A stretch of DNA of 64,000 nt from an uncultured Actinomycetes bacterium. GTDB taxonomy: Bacteria; Actinomycetota; Thermoleophilia; UBA2241. The translations under genes and the position numbers were made by a program. Positions 38,191 to 50,104 of the stretch are shown here, piece by piece; within the stretch, counting starts at the first letter, position 1; each line of letters opens with the position of its first letter. The DNA lies in contig CAVYCN010000019.1 in NCBI GenBank assembly GCA_963767005.1, positions 32,001 to 96,000 on the forward strand, given 5' to 3'. Below the pieces are notes generated by a model. That model was not told where the DNA came from, did no database searches, and saw nothing but the letters and a program-made list of their open reading frames with translations.

Positions 38191-38796
38191 CTACAGCCAG
38201 CCGCGCTCGGCGGCCAGGCGCGCCGCCTCGACCCGGTTGCGACTGCCGGTCTTGGCGATCGCCGTCGAGAGGTAGTTGCGCACCGTGCCCTCGGACAGAA
38301 AGAGCGTCGCCGCGATGTCGGCGACGGTCGCTCCGCCGGCCGCCGCCTCGAGCACCTCGCACTCGCGCTTGGTCAGCGGATTGGGCCCCGCGGCGAGGGC
38401 CGACGCGGCGAGCGCGGGATCGACGACGCGGGCGCCGGCGAGCGCCCGGCGGATGGCCGTCGCGAGCTGCTCGGCCGGGGCATCCTTGACGAGGAACCCG
38501 CTGACCCCGGCCTGCATCGCCCGCGCCAGGTAACCCGGCCGGCCGAACGTGGTCAGGATCAGGACCTTGCAGCCGGGTAGAGCGGCGCGCAGGGCCGCGG
38601 CGGCCTCGAGCCCGTCGATTCCCGGCATCTCGATGTCGAGCAGGGCGACGTCGGGACGCGCCGCGAGGGCCGCATCGACGACCTCGTCGCCACGCCCGAC
38701 CTGGGCCACGACCTCGATGTCGGGCTCCAGTCCGAGCAGCGCGGCAAGGGCGCCGCGCACCATCTCCTGGTCCTCGGCGAGCAGGATGCGGATCAC
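38191..38796 (-). CDS. DesR/NarL-family response regulator
   Basis: IRILLAEDQEMVRGAL, DIEMPG, ILTTFGRPGYL and LuxR HTH LFLSEGTVRNYLS. Confidence 0.95.
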   Translation of the reverse strand: MIRILLAEDQEMVRGALAALLGLEPDIEVVAQVGRGDEVVDAALAARPDVALLDIEMPGIDGLEAAAALRAALPGCKVLILTTFGRPGYLARAMQAGVSGFLVKDAPAEQLATAIRRALAGARVVDPALAASALAAGPNPLTKRECEVLEAAAGGATVADIAATLFLSEGTVRNYLSTAIAKTGSRNRVEAARLAAERGWL

Positions 38797-40180
38797 GGTC
38801 GGCCTGCTGACGCCGGCGAGGTGCGGCCCCCGCCGTCGGCGATCGCGGCAGTGCCTGCTTCGGGGCCATCGTCCCCGGCCGGCTCGACGCTTGCGGCAAC
38901 GCCTTGCTCGGGGCCATCGTCCCCGAACTGCTGCTCGACGAGCGCCTTCATCGTAGCCGGCGCCGCGGCCCCGCCGTCGGCGTCGGGCTCACGGCCTCCA
39001 CACGGCAGCTCGGCGACGAGCCTGAATCCGGCCGGCCGGGCCGACCCGGCCTCGAACCGCCCGGCCGCGTCGGCCACCGCCTCGGCCAGGCCGCGCAGCC
39101 CATGACCGGCGCCTGCGCTCCCCGCCGCCGAGCCGACGCCGTCGTCGCTCACCTCGAGGCGCACGCCGCCGGCCGTGCGAGAAAGGCGCACGGCGGCGTG
39201 CGCCGCCCGACTGTGGCGCACGATGTTGGTCGTCGCCTCGCGCAGCACGCGGGCAAGCAGCGCCTCGACGTCGGGTGGCAGCGGCTCGTCGGGCATCTCG
39301 GCGCCCATCTCGACGCCGGCCGCGTCGAGCGCGTCGCGCGTGCGCTCGAGCTCGGTACGCAGCGAGCGCGCGCGATAGCCGGTCACCGCCTCGCGCACCT
39401 CTTCGAGCGCGCGCCGCGCGATGTCCTCGACGTCGCCGACCTCGGCCAGCGCCCGTCCGGGAGCGGCCTCTCGCTCGAGCAGGCGGCGCGCGAGCTCGGC
39501 CTTGAGCACGATCACCGACAGGCTGTGGCCGAGCAGGTCGTGCAGATCGCGTGCGAAGCGCAGGCGCTCGTCGGTCACCGCGTCGGCGGCGGCAAGACGG
39601 GCGACCTCGTCGCGCGAGCTGCGCAGCTCCTCGACCATGACGCCGCGGCGCCGCAGGAGCAGCGCGATCGACGCCGGCCATGACGATCGACAACCCGTAC
39701 GACACGCCGGTGATGAGGTACGTCTCGCCGCGCCCCGAGGCGACGTTGACGGCGACCGAGCAGAGCGAACAGCCCACGATCGACGCGGCCGGCGTAGCGC
39801 AGCGGGAGAGACGCCACCATCGTCACGACCACGAAGATGAACAGCACCATCCAGTCCGGCCCGTAGGCAAGCGTCGTACCCACGGCGATCGCCGCGAACA
39901 GGACGAGGGCACCGCCACGCAACCGGCGACTGCCGCGGTGGCCGAGCAGGTGACCGTCGGCGGTCATGGTGTGCGGGATGGTCTGGACGAACACGGCGAA
40001 GCAGACGACGAACGCGACGAGCGCCGCGCCCGACACCCAGCGCGGACCCGCCACCCCGCTCACGACGTCGTTGACACAACCGGCCAGCGAGAGCAGGAAC
40101 AGATAGACCACGGAGTGGATGAGCCGGTCGTAACGCCGCTCGGCGACGCTCTGGCCCACCGGTGTCGCGGGACCGGTCAC
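38793..40180 (-). CDS. DesK-like (HisKA_3) sensor histidine kinase, split by two +1 frameshifts
   Basis: ERLRFARDLHDLLGHSLSVI, REATTNIVRHS, DDGVG and GHGLRGL. TM region spread over three frames. Removing one base near 39781 and one near 39669 gives a continuous 461-aa ORF. Confidence 0.85.
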
Positions 40181-40340
40181 GACCCCGCCACGCTCCTCGA
40201 GCTCGGCCGCGGGCTCCCTGCCCGCGGGCTCGCCTCATTGTACGGCAAGCGGCGCCGGCCCCGCGCGCTGCGCCGCGGGGCCGGCGCCGCGCGCCCGGTC
40301 CGTCGTCGCGCGCTTGCACCGACTCGCTCACGGGGGTCGC

Positions 40341-41075
40341 TCACACCCGCTGCGTGTCGCGCCGGTAGGCGCGGGCGGCGAGCAGCGACAGGCCCACGCC
40401 CCAGGCGCCGACCACGATCCAGCCCTTGGCCGGCCAGCCGCCCGCGCCGAGCGCGGCGTGGCTGGCCTGCACGAGCCAGTACGAGGGCAGGCACTGCGCG
40501 ATCGTGTTCAAGAGGCCGTTGCCGAGCGGATACCAGGCGCCGCTCACGAAGGCGAGCGTCGCCGTGAGGCCGCCCATCGCCGGGCCGATCGCATCGACGG
40601 TCAGCAGGTGGCCGCACAGGATGCCCAGGGCGGCGAGCGGGATCAGCCCGATCAGCAGGAGCGCGGTCATGTGGAGCCACTCCCCGGCCGACAGACGCAC
40701 GCCGAGCAGCGTGCCCGACAGGTACAGCAGGCCGATGGTCAGCCCGGCCATGAGGTAGGCCGTGACGACCTTGGCGCGGAAGTAGTCCCGCGTCCGCAGC
40801 GGGGTGACGCGCAGTTGACGGTTCCAGCCGACGGCGCGCTCACCGGCGATGCGGGTGCCGCTCGACAGGATGGCGGCCATGGTGCCGAACGCGGCGAGCC
40901 CGATCATGTAGTACGTGGGCGCCGGGATGCCGCTGCCGCCCAGGTCGGTCACGTTGCGGTTGGGCGCCGCGATCAAGAAGTAGATGGCGAGCGGGAACCC
41001 CAGCGACATCACGAAGAAGCGCTTGCTGCGCAGCGTCCGCAGCAGCTCGAAGCGGGTGTAGACGAGGGCGTTCAT
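40341..41075 (-). CDS. ABC-2 type transporter permease
   Basis: ELLRTLR, ERAVGWNRQLRVTPL and LPSYW; 6 TMs; ATGA overlap with the ATPase gene. Confidence 0.9.
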   Translation of the reverse strand: MNALVYTRFELLRTLRSKRFFVMSLGFPLAIYFLIAAPNRNVTDLGGSGIPAPTYYMIGLAAFGTMAAILSSGTRIAGERAVGWNRQLRVTPLRTRDYFRAKVVTAYLMAGLTIGLLYLSGTLLGVRLSAGEWLHMTALLLIGLIPLAALGILCGHLLTVDAIGPAMGGLTATLAFVSGAWYPLGNGLLNTIAQCLPSYWLVQASHAALGAGGWPAKGWIVVGAWGVGLSLLAARAYRRDTQRV

Positions 41076-42103
41076 GGCCTCTCCTTCGGGTCGTCGATCG
41101 CGGTCGACCGGTCGTCGTGCGCCGCCCGGCCGTCGCCGGTGAGCTCGAGAAAGGCCTGCTCGAGACCGGCGCCGACGATCTCGATGTCGCGGGCGGCCGG
41201 CCAGCGTACGAGCAGCGCGCGGATGGCGGCGTCGGAGTCGCTGCACGAAAGCGCGACGGCCGCGCCGTGCCGCTCGACGGCGGCGACGCCGGGCAGCTCG
41301 CCGAGGGCGGCGTCGCCGGCTTCGGGCAGCGTGGCCTTGATGACCTTGCGACCGACCCGCGCCTTGATCTCGGTCGCCGGACCGTCGGCCACCACGCGGC
41401 CGGCCGACATGAGCACCACGCGGTCGGCGTAGGCGTCGGCTTCGTCCAGATAGTGCGTCGCGAACAGCACGGTGGTGCCGGCGGCGGCGGCCGCCCTGAT
41501 CGTCGTCCAGAAGGCGTGGCGCGACTCGACGTCCATGCCCACGGTGGGTTCGTCGAGCACGAGCAGCCCGGCGCCGCTCACGAGGGCGGCCGCGAAACGC
41601 GTGCGCTGCCGCTCGCCGCCCGAGAGCTTCTGCGTGCGCTGTCCGGCGAGCGCGGTCAGGCCGGTCGTCTCGAGCACCTGGTCGACGCCGAGCGCCGCCG
41701 GGTAGAGGGCGGCCGCAAGCTGTACGAACTCGCGCACCGACAGGTCGCGGATCAGCTCGCCGGTCTGCAGCATGGCCGCCACACGACCGCCGGCGACGGC
41801 CTCGACCGGGCTGCCGCCGAAGAGGGTGACGGCGCCGGCGTCGGGCCGGCCCAAGCCGAGCAGCAGGTCGATCGTCGTCGACTTGCCGGCGCCGTTCGGG
41901 CCGAGGAGCGCCACGGTCTCGCCGCGCTCGATCAACAGGTCGACGCCGCGCACCGCGCGGATGGCGCCCTGCGGCGTGGCGAAGGTCTTCTCGAGTCCGC
42001 GGGCGACGACGCCGGCGGCCCGCGGCGCGAACGACACCCCGCGGAGGGCACCGACCGCCGGTCTCTCGCGGTCGCTCACTGCCATCGGCGCTTTGCGTTC
42101 CAT
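41072..42103 (-). CDS. ABC transporter ATP-binding protein
   Basis: GPNGAGKST, LSGGERQR, LDEPTVGMD and THYLDEA. Confidence 0.95.
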   Translation of the reverse strand: MERKAPMAVSDRERPAVGALRGVSFAPRAAGVVARGLEKTFATPQGAIRAVRGVDLLIERGETVALLGPNGAGKSTTIDLLLGLGRPDAGAVTLFGGSPVEAVAGGRVAAMLQTGELIRDLSVREFVQLAAALYPAALGVDQVLETTGLTALAGQRTQKLSGGERQRTRFAAALVSGAGLLVLDEPTVGMDVESRHAFWTTIRAAAAAGTTVLFATHYLDEADAYADRVVLMSAGRVVADGPATEIKARVGRKVIKATLPEAGDAALGELPGVAAVERHGAAVALSCSDSDAAIRALLVRWPAARDIEIVGAGLEQAFLELTGDGRAAHDDRSTAIDDPKERP

Positions 42104-42230
42104 CGCTCTCCCTTCGCGCGACCCAGGTGGGCCGCGATTCGATCGCCTGCTGCCCCCCGCCGCGCGATCCGCGCGGAGGCAGTCCGGCAGGGAGTCTAGG
42201 ATCGGCGGTGAGCGGGCTGTAGTGCCGGCC

Positions 42231-42260
42231 GTCACCGGTCGCGCGTGACGTTTGTCACGC
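42231..42260. promoter_or_regulatory. DesR/NarL-type operator upstream of the ABC / two-component operon
   Basis: Palindrome GCGTGAC-GTTT-GTCACGC plus a GTCAC half-site; minus-strand -10 TAGACT at 42193-42198. Confidence 0.55.
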
Positions 42261-44195
42261 CGGTGGTCCCGATCGACCCCACCCTGACTGAAGGAAGTTG
42301 GCAAGGAGATCGAGACCGGCCGGACTCAGCATGCTCTCCGGGTGGAACTGCACGCCCCAGGCGGGCAGCGCGGCGTGCGCGATCGCCATCACGAGGCCGT
42401 CGTCGGTCCAGGCGGTACGGCGCAGCTCGGCGGGCAGGTCGCACACGTGGAGCGAGTGGTAGCGCGTGAACGGAGCGGGTTCGGGCAGGCCGCGGAAGAG
42501 ACCTTCGCCGCCGTGGTGCACCTCGTGAGCCTCGCCGTGCACGGGGCGCTCGGCGCGCGCCAGGCGGGCGCCGAGCGCCACGCCGAGCGCCTGGTGACCC
42601 AGGCAGACGCCGAGCAGCGGCAGCCGCCGGGCGAGGCCAGTCTCGACCCAGGCGAGCAGGCGGCCGGAGCTCGCGGGGTCACCCGGCCCCGGCCCGAGCA
42701 CAAGGTGCGTGGCGCGGGCCGGCAGGGCGTCGACCGGCTCGCTCACGTGGTCGACGGTGACGACCGTGGCGCCCAGCATGCGCAGGTAGTCGACGATCGT
42801 GTGGCTGAACGAGTCGTGGCACTCGACGAACACGACCCGCGCCGGGACACGTAAGCGAGGTCGAGGCGGCCGCCACGAGTGGTCGCGCACCGGCGCCGCC
42901 GGCGCGCGACCCGAACGGCCGCCGCCCAGCACGTGGAGCAGCGCCTCGGCTTTGTGGCGAGTCTCGTCGTACTCGCTCGCCGGGTCACTGCCGATCACGG
43001 TGCCGCCGCCGGCCGAGATGTGGCCGCGGCCCTCGGCGACGGTCAGGCTGCGGATCAGGATGTTGAAGTCGCAGCGCCTCCCCGACACGTAGCCGAGCGA
43101 GCCGGTGTAGGCGCCCCTGGGCACCGGCTCGAGCCGCGCGATCTCGCGCATGACGCTCTCCTTTGGAGCGCCCGTGATGGTGCCGCCGGGGAAGATGGCG
43201 CGCACGAGTTCGGCGACCGACGCGTCTGAGCGCCCGCGCACCTCGCTCACCAGGTGCATGACGTGGCTGTAGCGCTCCACCGTGAAGGCCTCGCCGACCT
43301 CGACCGTGCCCGGCCGGCAGACCCGCGAGAGGTCGTTGCGCAGCAGGTCGACGAGCATGACGTGCTCGGCGAGCTCCTTGATCGAGCCGCGCAGCTCGGC
43401 CTCGAGGGCGGCGTCGGCGGTCACGGTCGCGCCGCGCGGCCGCGTACCGGCGATCGGCCGCGCGCTCAGCGTGTCCCGATGACGCTCGAAGAGCCGTTCG
43501 GGGCTGCCCGACACGACGGCCCAGCCGGGTCCCTCGACGATGCCCATGAACGGGCTTGGGTTGGCCTCGCGCAGACGCGCGTAGTAGGCGAGCGGGTCCA
43601 GGTCGCCGGCCGCGAAGCTGAAGCGGTGGGAGAGGTTGACCTGGTAGACCCAGCCGGCACGGATACGCTCCTGCACGGCGAGGACGCCGGCGATGTAGGC
43701 GTCGCGAGCGTAGTCGCTCGTCACGGCGATCCGCGGCAGCGAAGACGGCAGGGGCGCGAGCGCAGCTCGAGACGCGGGCGTGGAGGCGACCCGCCCGGGC
43801 CGCATCCGTGCGCCGGCCGACTCGCGCCCGTCGCACCAAAGGCGACCGTCGTCGTACAGACAAAAGGCCGCCTCGGGCAGGCCGGGCAGGGGCGGGTTGG
43901 CCGGCAGGCCCAGGCGGCCGGCGAACTCGTAGCTCAGAAAGCCGATCCACACGGGGAAGTCGCGCCCGGGCCGCAACCCGCTCGCGAGTTCGTCGAGCAG
44001 GTCGGTCGCAGGCCCGATGCGCCGGCCGTCGCCGTAGAGGGAGCCGTCCCAGACCTCGAGCGTCCGGCGCGGCGCGACGCCGAGGAGGCTGCACCGCGAG
44101 AAGGGGGTCGGCGGCCCGAGCGACTCGAGCAGCGCGGGGCGCAGGCCGGCGGCGCGCGCCTGTGCGTAGGTGGTCGACGGGTCGGGCTGATCCAC
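42255..44195 (-). CDS. Fused chorismate-binding enzyme + glutamine amidotransferase (PabB-PabA / TrpE-G type)
   Basis: YQVNLS, SPERL, RPIAGTRPRG, EH.MLVDL.RNDL and PGGTITGAPK, then GATase motifs GPGPGDP, GVCLGHQ and QFHPES. Folate versus tryptophan role not resolved. Confidence 0.88.
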   Translation of the reverse strand: MDQPDPSTTYAQARAAGLRPALLESLGPPTPFSRCSLLGVAPRRTLEVWDGSLYGDGRRIGPATDLLDELASGLRPGRDFPVWIGFLSYEFAGRLGLPANPPLPGLPEAAFCLYDDGRLWCDGRESAGARMRPGRVASTPASRAALAPLPSSLPRIAVTSDYARDAYIAGVLAVQERIRAGWVYQVNLSHRFSFAAGDLDPLAYYARLREANPSPFMGIVEGPGWAVVSGSPERLFERHRDTLSARPIAGTRPRGATVTADAALEAELRGSIKELAEHVMLVDLLRNDLSRVCRPGTVEVGEAFTVERYSHVMHLVSEVRGRSDASVAELVRAIFPGGTITGAPKESVMREIARLEPVPRGAYTGSLGYVSGRRCDFNILIRSLTVAEGRGHISAGGGTVIGSDPASEYDETRHKAEALLHVLGGGRSGRAPAAPVRDHSWRPPRPRLRVPARVVFVECHDSFSHTIVDYLRMLGATVVTVDHVSEPVDALPARATHLVLGPGPGDPASSGRLLAWVETGLARRLPLLGVCLGHQALGVALGARLARAERPVHGEAHEVHHGGEGLFRGLPEPAPFTRYHSLHVCDLPAELRRTAWTDDGLVMAIAHAALPAWGVQFHPESMLSPAGLDLLANFLQSGWGRSGPPA

Positions 44196-44412
44196 GGCCG
44201 CTCCTTCCTCGATCGCTGCGGGCGAAGACGAGGTAGGGTGGCCGGTGGCCTAGAGCTTGCCTCGGTTGAAGCGTCCGCCAGTGTAGCCCCTCGGAGCACC
44301 CGCGCGCCAGCTGGTTTGGACCAGGCCTGGTCGCGGTGACGCTGTCCGACATGGCGCGGCGCACCGGCCGAGGTCGCGCCCGTCGGCGCATGAGCGCAGG
44401 AGAGACCGGGCA

Positions 44413-45549
44413 GTGACGACGACAGTCGGGGTGCTCACCGAGGTCACGCCGGGAGAGCGGCGCGTCGCCCTCGTCCCGGCGGCGGTCGGGCGCGTCGCGG
44501 GGTTCGGCGCAACGGTCGTCGTACAGGCCGGCGCCGGCGCCGGCAGCTTCTTCGCGGACGAGGACTACCGCCAGGCGGGCGCCGCCGTGGTCGCGGACCC
44601 CGCGGCGCTGCTCTCGGGCGCCGCCGTGGTCGCCAAGGTGCGGCCCCCCAACGTCGCCGAGGTCGCTCTCCTGCGCCCCGGCCAGATCGTGCTCGGGCTG
44701 CTGGATCCGGCCCGCGACCCGGGCCGCGTCGCGACCCTCGCCGGCGCCGGCGTCACGAGCTTCGCCCTCGAGCTGCTGCCGCGCATCACGCGCGCCCAAT
44801 CGATGGACGCGCTCACCTCGCAGGCGGCGGTGGCCGGCTATCGTGCCGTCCTGCTGGCCGCCACGGCCCTGCCGCGCTTCTTCCCCATGCTCACGACGCC
44901 GGCCGGCACCATCCGGCCGGCCCGGGTGCTCGTCCTGGGCGCCGGCGTGGCCGGCCTGCAGGCGATCGCCACGGCACGGCGCCTGGGAGCGACCGTCGAG
45001 GCCTACGACGTGCGGCCCGCCGCGCGGGAGCAGGTTGAGTCGCTCGGAGCGCGCTTCGTGGCCCTCGACGTCGACGCCTCCGCCGCGGGCGGCTACGCGC
45101 GCGAGCTCACCGCCGCGGAGCGCGAGCAGCAGGAGGCCCTGGTCGCCGACCACGTGAGCGCGAGCGACGCCGTGATCACGACCGCCGCCGTGCCGGGCCG
45201 TCGCGCGCCGCTGCTCGTGACGGCCGCCATGGTCGCCCGCATGCGGCCCGGCGCGGTCGTCGTCGATCTGGCCGCCGAGGGCGGCGGCAACTGCGAGCTG
45301 ACGCGGCCCGGCGAGACGGTCGAGCGCGACGGCGTGACCGTGCTCGGGCCGCTCGACGTAGCGAGCCTGCTGCCGGTCAACGCGAGCGAGACCTACGCGC
45401 GCAACGTCGCCGACTTCCTCGCGCTGCTCGTCCACGACGGCGAGCTCTCCCCGGCCTGGGACGACGAGATCGTCGCCGCGAGCCTGCTCACGCGCGACGG
45501 ACAGGTGGTGCACGAGGCGACGCGGGCGCTCGTCGAGGCGGCCTCGTGA
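44413..45549 (+). CDS. pntA: NAD(P) transhydrogenase alpha subunit part 1 (domain I)
   Basis: GERRVAL, PRITRAQSMDAL, GAGVAGLQAIATA, GGYARE and DLAAEGGGNCE. Confidence 0.95.
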   Translation: MTTTVGVLTEVTPGERRVALVPAAVGRVAGFGATVVVQAGAGAGSFFADEDYRQAGAAVVADPAALLSGAAVVAKVRPPNVAEVALLRPGQIVLGLLDPARDPGRVATLAGAGVTSFALELLPRITRAQSMDALTSQAAVAGYRAVLLAATALPRFFPMLTTPAGTIRPARVLVLGAGVAGLQAIATARRLGATVEAYDVRPAAREQVESLGARFVALDVDASAAGGYARELTAAEREQQEALVADHVSASDAVITTAAVPGRRAPLLVTAAMVARMRPGAVVVDLAAEGGGNCELTRPGETVERDGVTVLGPLDVASLLPVNASETYARNVADFLALLVHDGELSPAWDDEIVAASLLTRDGQVVHEATRALVEAAS

Positions 45550-45955
45550 GCGGCTGGTCCGCCCTGTACATCTTCTTGCTCGCGGCCGTGACCGGCTACG
45601 TCGTGATCGGCGCCGTGCCGGTCATCCTGCACACGCCGCTCATGTCGGGCGCCAACTTCGTGCACGGCATCGTGCTGGTCGGCGCGATGGTCACGCTCGG
45701 CCTCGCACGCACGCCGCTCGAGGTGGGGATCGGCATCGTCGCCGTGCTGCTCGCCACTCTGAACGTGCACGGCGGCTTCGTCGTGACGGTGCGCATGCTC
45801 GCCATGTTCAAGAGCAGCGGTGAGCGCGCCGGCGCGGATGGGGGCGGCGCCGGGCAGTCGTCCGCCTCGCCGGCCGGCGAGGCGGACGCCGGCGCCGCCG
45901 CCCGCAGCGCGGGCGCCGACGGCGGCGCCCGCAACGCCGGCGCCGGACGGTCCTG

Positions 45956-45956
<1 letters not shown>
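45546..45956 (+). CDS. pntA: NAD(P) transhydrogenase alpha subunit part 2 (membrane)
   Basis: VPVILHTPLMSGANFVHG and GGFVVT.RML.MFK. Confidence 0.92.
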
Positions 45957-47362
<1,406 letters not shown>

Positions 47363-47455
47363 CCGGCTGACGGAGGGCTCGAGAGGGAGCACGCACGCGG
47401 CGAGCCGCTGCGGACGCGACGCCGGCGAGCGCTACCGCTCGCCGTCGCCCGCGCG

Positions 47456-49417
47456 TCAGACGAGCGGCAGCAGGTGCGCCATGGCGCCGCCGACCAGCAG
47501 GGCGGTGACCACGGTGCCGGCGCTGATCGCACCCGCCCGCCGCCAGCCGAGCTCGCGGCCCAGCATGGCGATCGTCGCCACGCAGGGCACGAAGATGGCG
47601 GCCACGAGAGCGTAGACGACGATCTGGTGGGGCGTCATGAAGGTGCGCAGGTTGTGCGCCCCGGCGCCGTAGCGCGCCACGGCGAAGACGACGAGCATCT
47701 GCAGGGCGAGCTCCTTGCGCAGGACGCCGAGCAGCAGGGTCAGTCCGGCCACGGCGGGCAGCCCGAGCCAGCCGACGACCAGTGGCGACAGCGGCCGCTC
47801 GAGGTGCCAGATGAGTCCGGTCTCGTAGAGCGCCCCCAGGGTGAAGCTGCCGATCAGCATGATGGGGGCCGCGGCCCAGAGGAACTGAGCGAAGCGCTTC
47901 CAGGTCTTGACCACGACCAGGCCAAGCGAAGGCCGGCGGAAGGGGAACATCTCCATGACGAGACCCTCGGGCTCACCCGGCAGGATGCGGTTGAGCAGCA
48001 CGCCGGCGGTCAGGCCGACGAGGCCGAGGACGCCGAACACGAGCAGCGCCCACTGCCAGCCCACGAACAGCGACACCGAGCCGAGGATCACGGCGGTGCG
48101 CGCGCTGCAGGGCACGAGCACGACCAGGGCGCAGGCGATCGTGCGCTCACGCTTGGTGGCGAGCACCCTGGTCCCCATGATCGCCGGCACGTTGCAGCCG
48201 GCCGCCGCCATCAACGGGATCACGGCGCGACCGTGCAGGCCGAAGGCGTGCATGAGGCGGTCGGCGAGAAAGGCGGCTGCGTTCATGTAGCCCGAGTCCT
48301 CGAGCAGGGCGAGCACGAAGTAGAAGGTCAGGATGTAGGGGATGCCGACGGCGAGCGCGGCGAGGATGCCGCCGTCGAGCCCCCAGAGCAACGTGCCGGC
48401 CAGGGCGCCGTGACCCACGAGGTCGTGCACGGCGGCGGCGAGCACCGGCGAGGCGGTCGCCGTCCAGGCCGCCGTCAGCAGGTTCGACAGCCAGCCACCG
48501 ACGAGGAACAGAAAGGCGAAGACGGCGGCGAGCACGCCGAGCAGGATCGGCACGCCCGTGAGCGGCGCCGTCGTGGCGCGCCACCAGCGGTCGGCGGCCG
48601 GCGCGCTCGGGCGACCCTCGGTGCAGGCCTCGGCGACGGCGGCCGCGGCGGCGTGTCGCGCCGCGGCGATGGTGACGGCGAGCTCGGCCGGCGGCGCCTC
48701 GCGCGGCGCCAGGGCCGCCGTGACCTCACGGTCGCCTTCGAGCACGGCGAGCGCCACGGCGCGCGGGGGCAGGCCCTCGGCGAGGTCGTCGACGCTGAAC
48801 GAAGCCTCGAGCTCGGCGAGGCGTTCCTCGACGGCCGGCGCGTAGCGCACGGGGCGGCCGTGACCGGCGCCGTCGCCGTCGGCGGCCACGGCGACGGCCG
48901 CGTCCGTGAGCTCGTGCAGCCCCTCGCCGCGCCGCGCCACGATCGGCACGACCGGCAGGTCGAGCGCCCGCGACAGCGCCTGCGAGTCGATGAGCAAGGA
49001 CTGTCGGCGCGCCTCGTCGATCAGGTTCAGGGCGATCACGACGCGCGGACCGAGGTCGACGAGCTGCAGGACAAGGTAGAGATTGCGCGCCAGGTTTGTC
49101 GCATCGACGACGGCGATGACCACGTCGGGCCGCCAGTCGAGGAGGCCGTGGCGCGCGACCCACTGATCCTCGGAGACCGGGTCGAGCCCGTACGTGCCCG
49201 GCAGGTCGACGAGTTGCACCTCGCGGCCGGACCAGCACGCGTCGGCGATGTTCAGGCCGACCGTCATGCCGGGGTAGTTGGCGGTCTCGACGGCCGCGCC
49301 GGTGAGGCGGTTGAAGAGGGTCGACTTGCCGACGTTGGGGTTGCCGGCCAGGGCGACGACCAAGGCGCTCGTCGAGCGCCGCTCGGTGGCGAGGTCGGTG
49401 CAGCAGGCGGTCGCCAC
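47456..49417 (-). CDS. feoB: Ferrous iron transport protein B
   Basis: GNPNVGKS, NYPGMTV, DLPGTY, LEDSGYM, GCNVPA and VPCSAR; gate and TM domains. Confidence 0.95.
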   Translation of the reverse strand: MATACCTDLATERRSTSALVVALAGNPNVGKSTLFNRLTGAAVETANYPGMTVGLNIADACWSGREVQLVDLPGTYGLDPVSEDQWVARHGLLDWRPDVVIAVVDATNLARNLYLVLQLVDLGPRVVIALNLIDEARRQSLLIDSQALSRALDLPVVPIVARRGEGLHELTDAAVAVAADGDGAGHGRPVRYAPAVEERLAELEASFSVDDLAEGLPPRAVALAVLEGDREVTAALAPREAPPAELAVTIAAARHAAAAAVAEACTEGRPSAPAADRWWRATTAPLTGVPILLGVLAAVFAFLFLVGGWLSNLLTAAWTATASPVLAAAVHDLVGHGALAGTLLWGLDGGILAALAVGIPYILTFYFVLALLEDSGYMNAAAFLADRLMHAFGLHGRAVIPLMAAAGCNVPAIMGTRVLATKRERTIACALVVLVPCSARTAVILGSVSLFVGWQWALLVFGVLGLVGLTAGVLLNRILPGEPEGLVMEMFPFRRPSLGLVVVKTWKRFAQFLWAAAPIMLIGSFTLGALYETGLIWHLERPLSPLVVGWLGLPAVAGLTLLLGVLRKELALQMLVVFAVARYGAGAHNLRTFMTPHQIVVYALVAAIFVPCVATIAMLGRELGWRRAGAISAGTVVTALLVGGAMAHLLPLV

Positions 49418-49424
49418 GGCGCCC

Positions 49425-50081
49425 TTAGGGCCGCACGAAGATCTTGCCGGCGACCTCGCGGCCGAGGGCGTAGCGCGCCCGGCCGACGCGCACGAGCAGC
49501 GGCCCGCCGAACGGTGCGACGTCTTCGACGGCCACGGCCGTCTGCGGCAGCAGGCCGAGCGACGAGAGGTAGCGCAGCAGGTCGGGCTGCTCGTCGGACA
49601 CGTACGAGATGGTGCTGCGCTGGCCGGCCGCGAGCTCGGCGAGCGGCCGCGCCTCGTCGACCACGAGCTCGCCGTCGGGCGAGGGGATGGCGCGCCCGTG
49701 GGGACAGGTCTGGGGGTTGCCGAGCTGCGCGGCGAGGCGCTGCTCGACTTCGTCGGACAGCACGTGCTCGAGCTTGCAGGCCTCGTCGTGGACCTGGTCC
49801 CAGGGGAGCGCGAGATAGTCGGTGAGGAAGCGCTCGCTCAGGCGGTGACGGCGCACGAGGCGCAGGGCCTCGCGGCGGCCCTGCTCGCTGAGCACGATGT
49901 GGCCGGCCGCGTGGCGCTCGATCAGGCCTTCGGTGGTGAGGCGGGCGACCATCTGCGAGACCGAGGGGGCCGCCAGACCGAGCTCGTCGGCCACGCGACC
50001 GACGGTCGCGCCGCCGGACTGCTCGGCGAGCTTGAAGATCGCCTCGAGGTACTCTTCGCGGCTCTCGCTCTTGACGGCCAT
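49425..50081 (-). CDS. DtxR/IdeR family metal-dependent repressor with C-terminal FeoA domain
   Basis: EEYLEAI, PSVSQMV.RL, VRRHRLSERFL, EACKLEH and CPHG..IP, followed by a FeoA/SH3 domain. Confidence 0.93.
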   Translation of the reverse strand: MAVKSESREEYLEAIFKLAEQSGGATVGRVADELGLAAPSVSQMVARLTTEGLIERHAAGHIVLSEQGRREALRLVRRHRLSERFLTDYLALPWDQVHDEACKLEHVLSDEVEQRLAAQLGNPQTCPHGRAIPSPDGELVVDEARPLAELAAGQRSTISYVSDEQPDLLRYLSSLGLLPQTAVAVEDVAPFGGPLLVRVGRARYALGREVAGKIFVRP

Positions 50082-50104
50082 GCAGGTCTCCCTTCGCTCT
50101 GCGA

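Noticed and set aside
38860-38924. 17-bp direct repeat encoding GDDGPE twice in the kinase tail
   Set aside because: A local duplication in a low-complexity tail with no sign of function.
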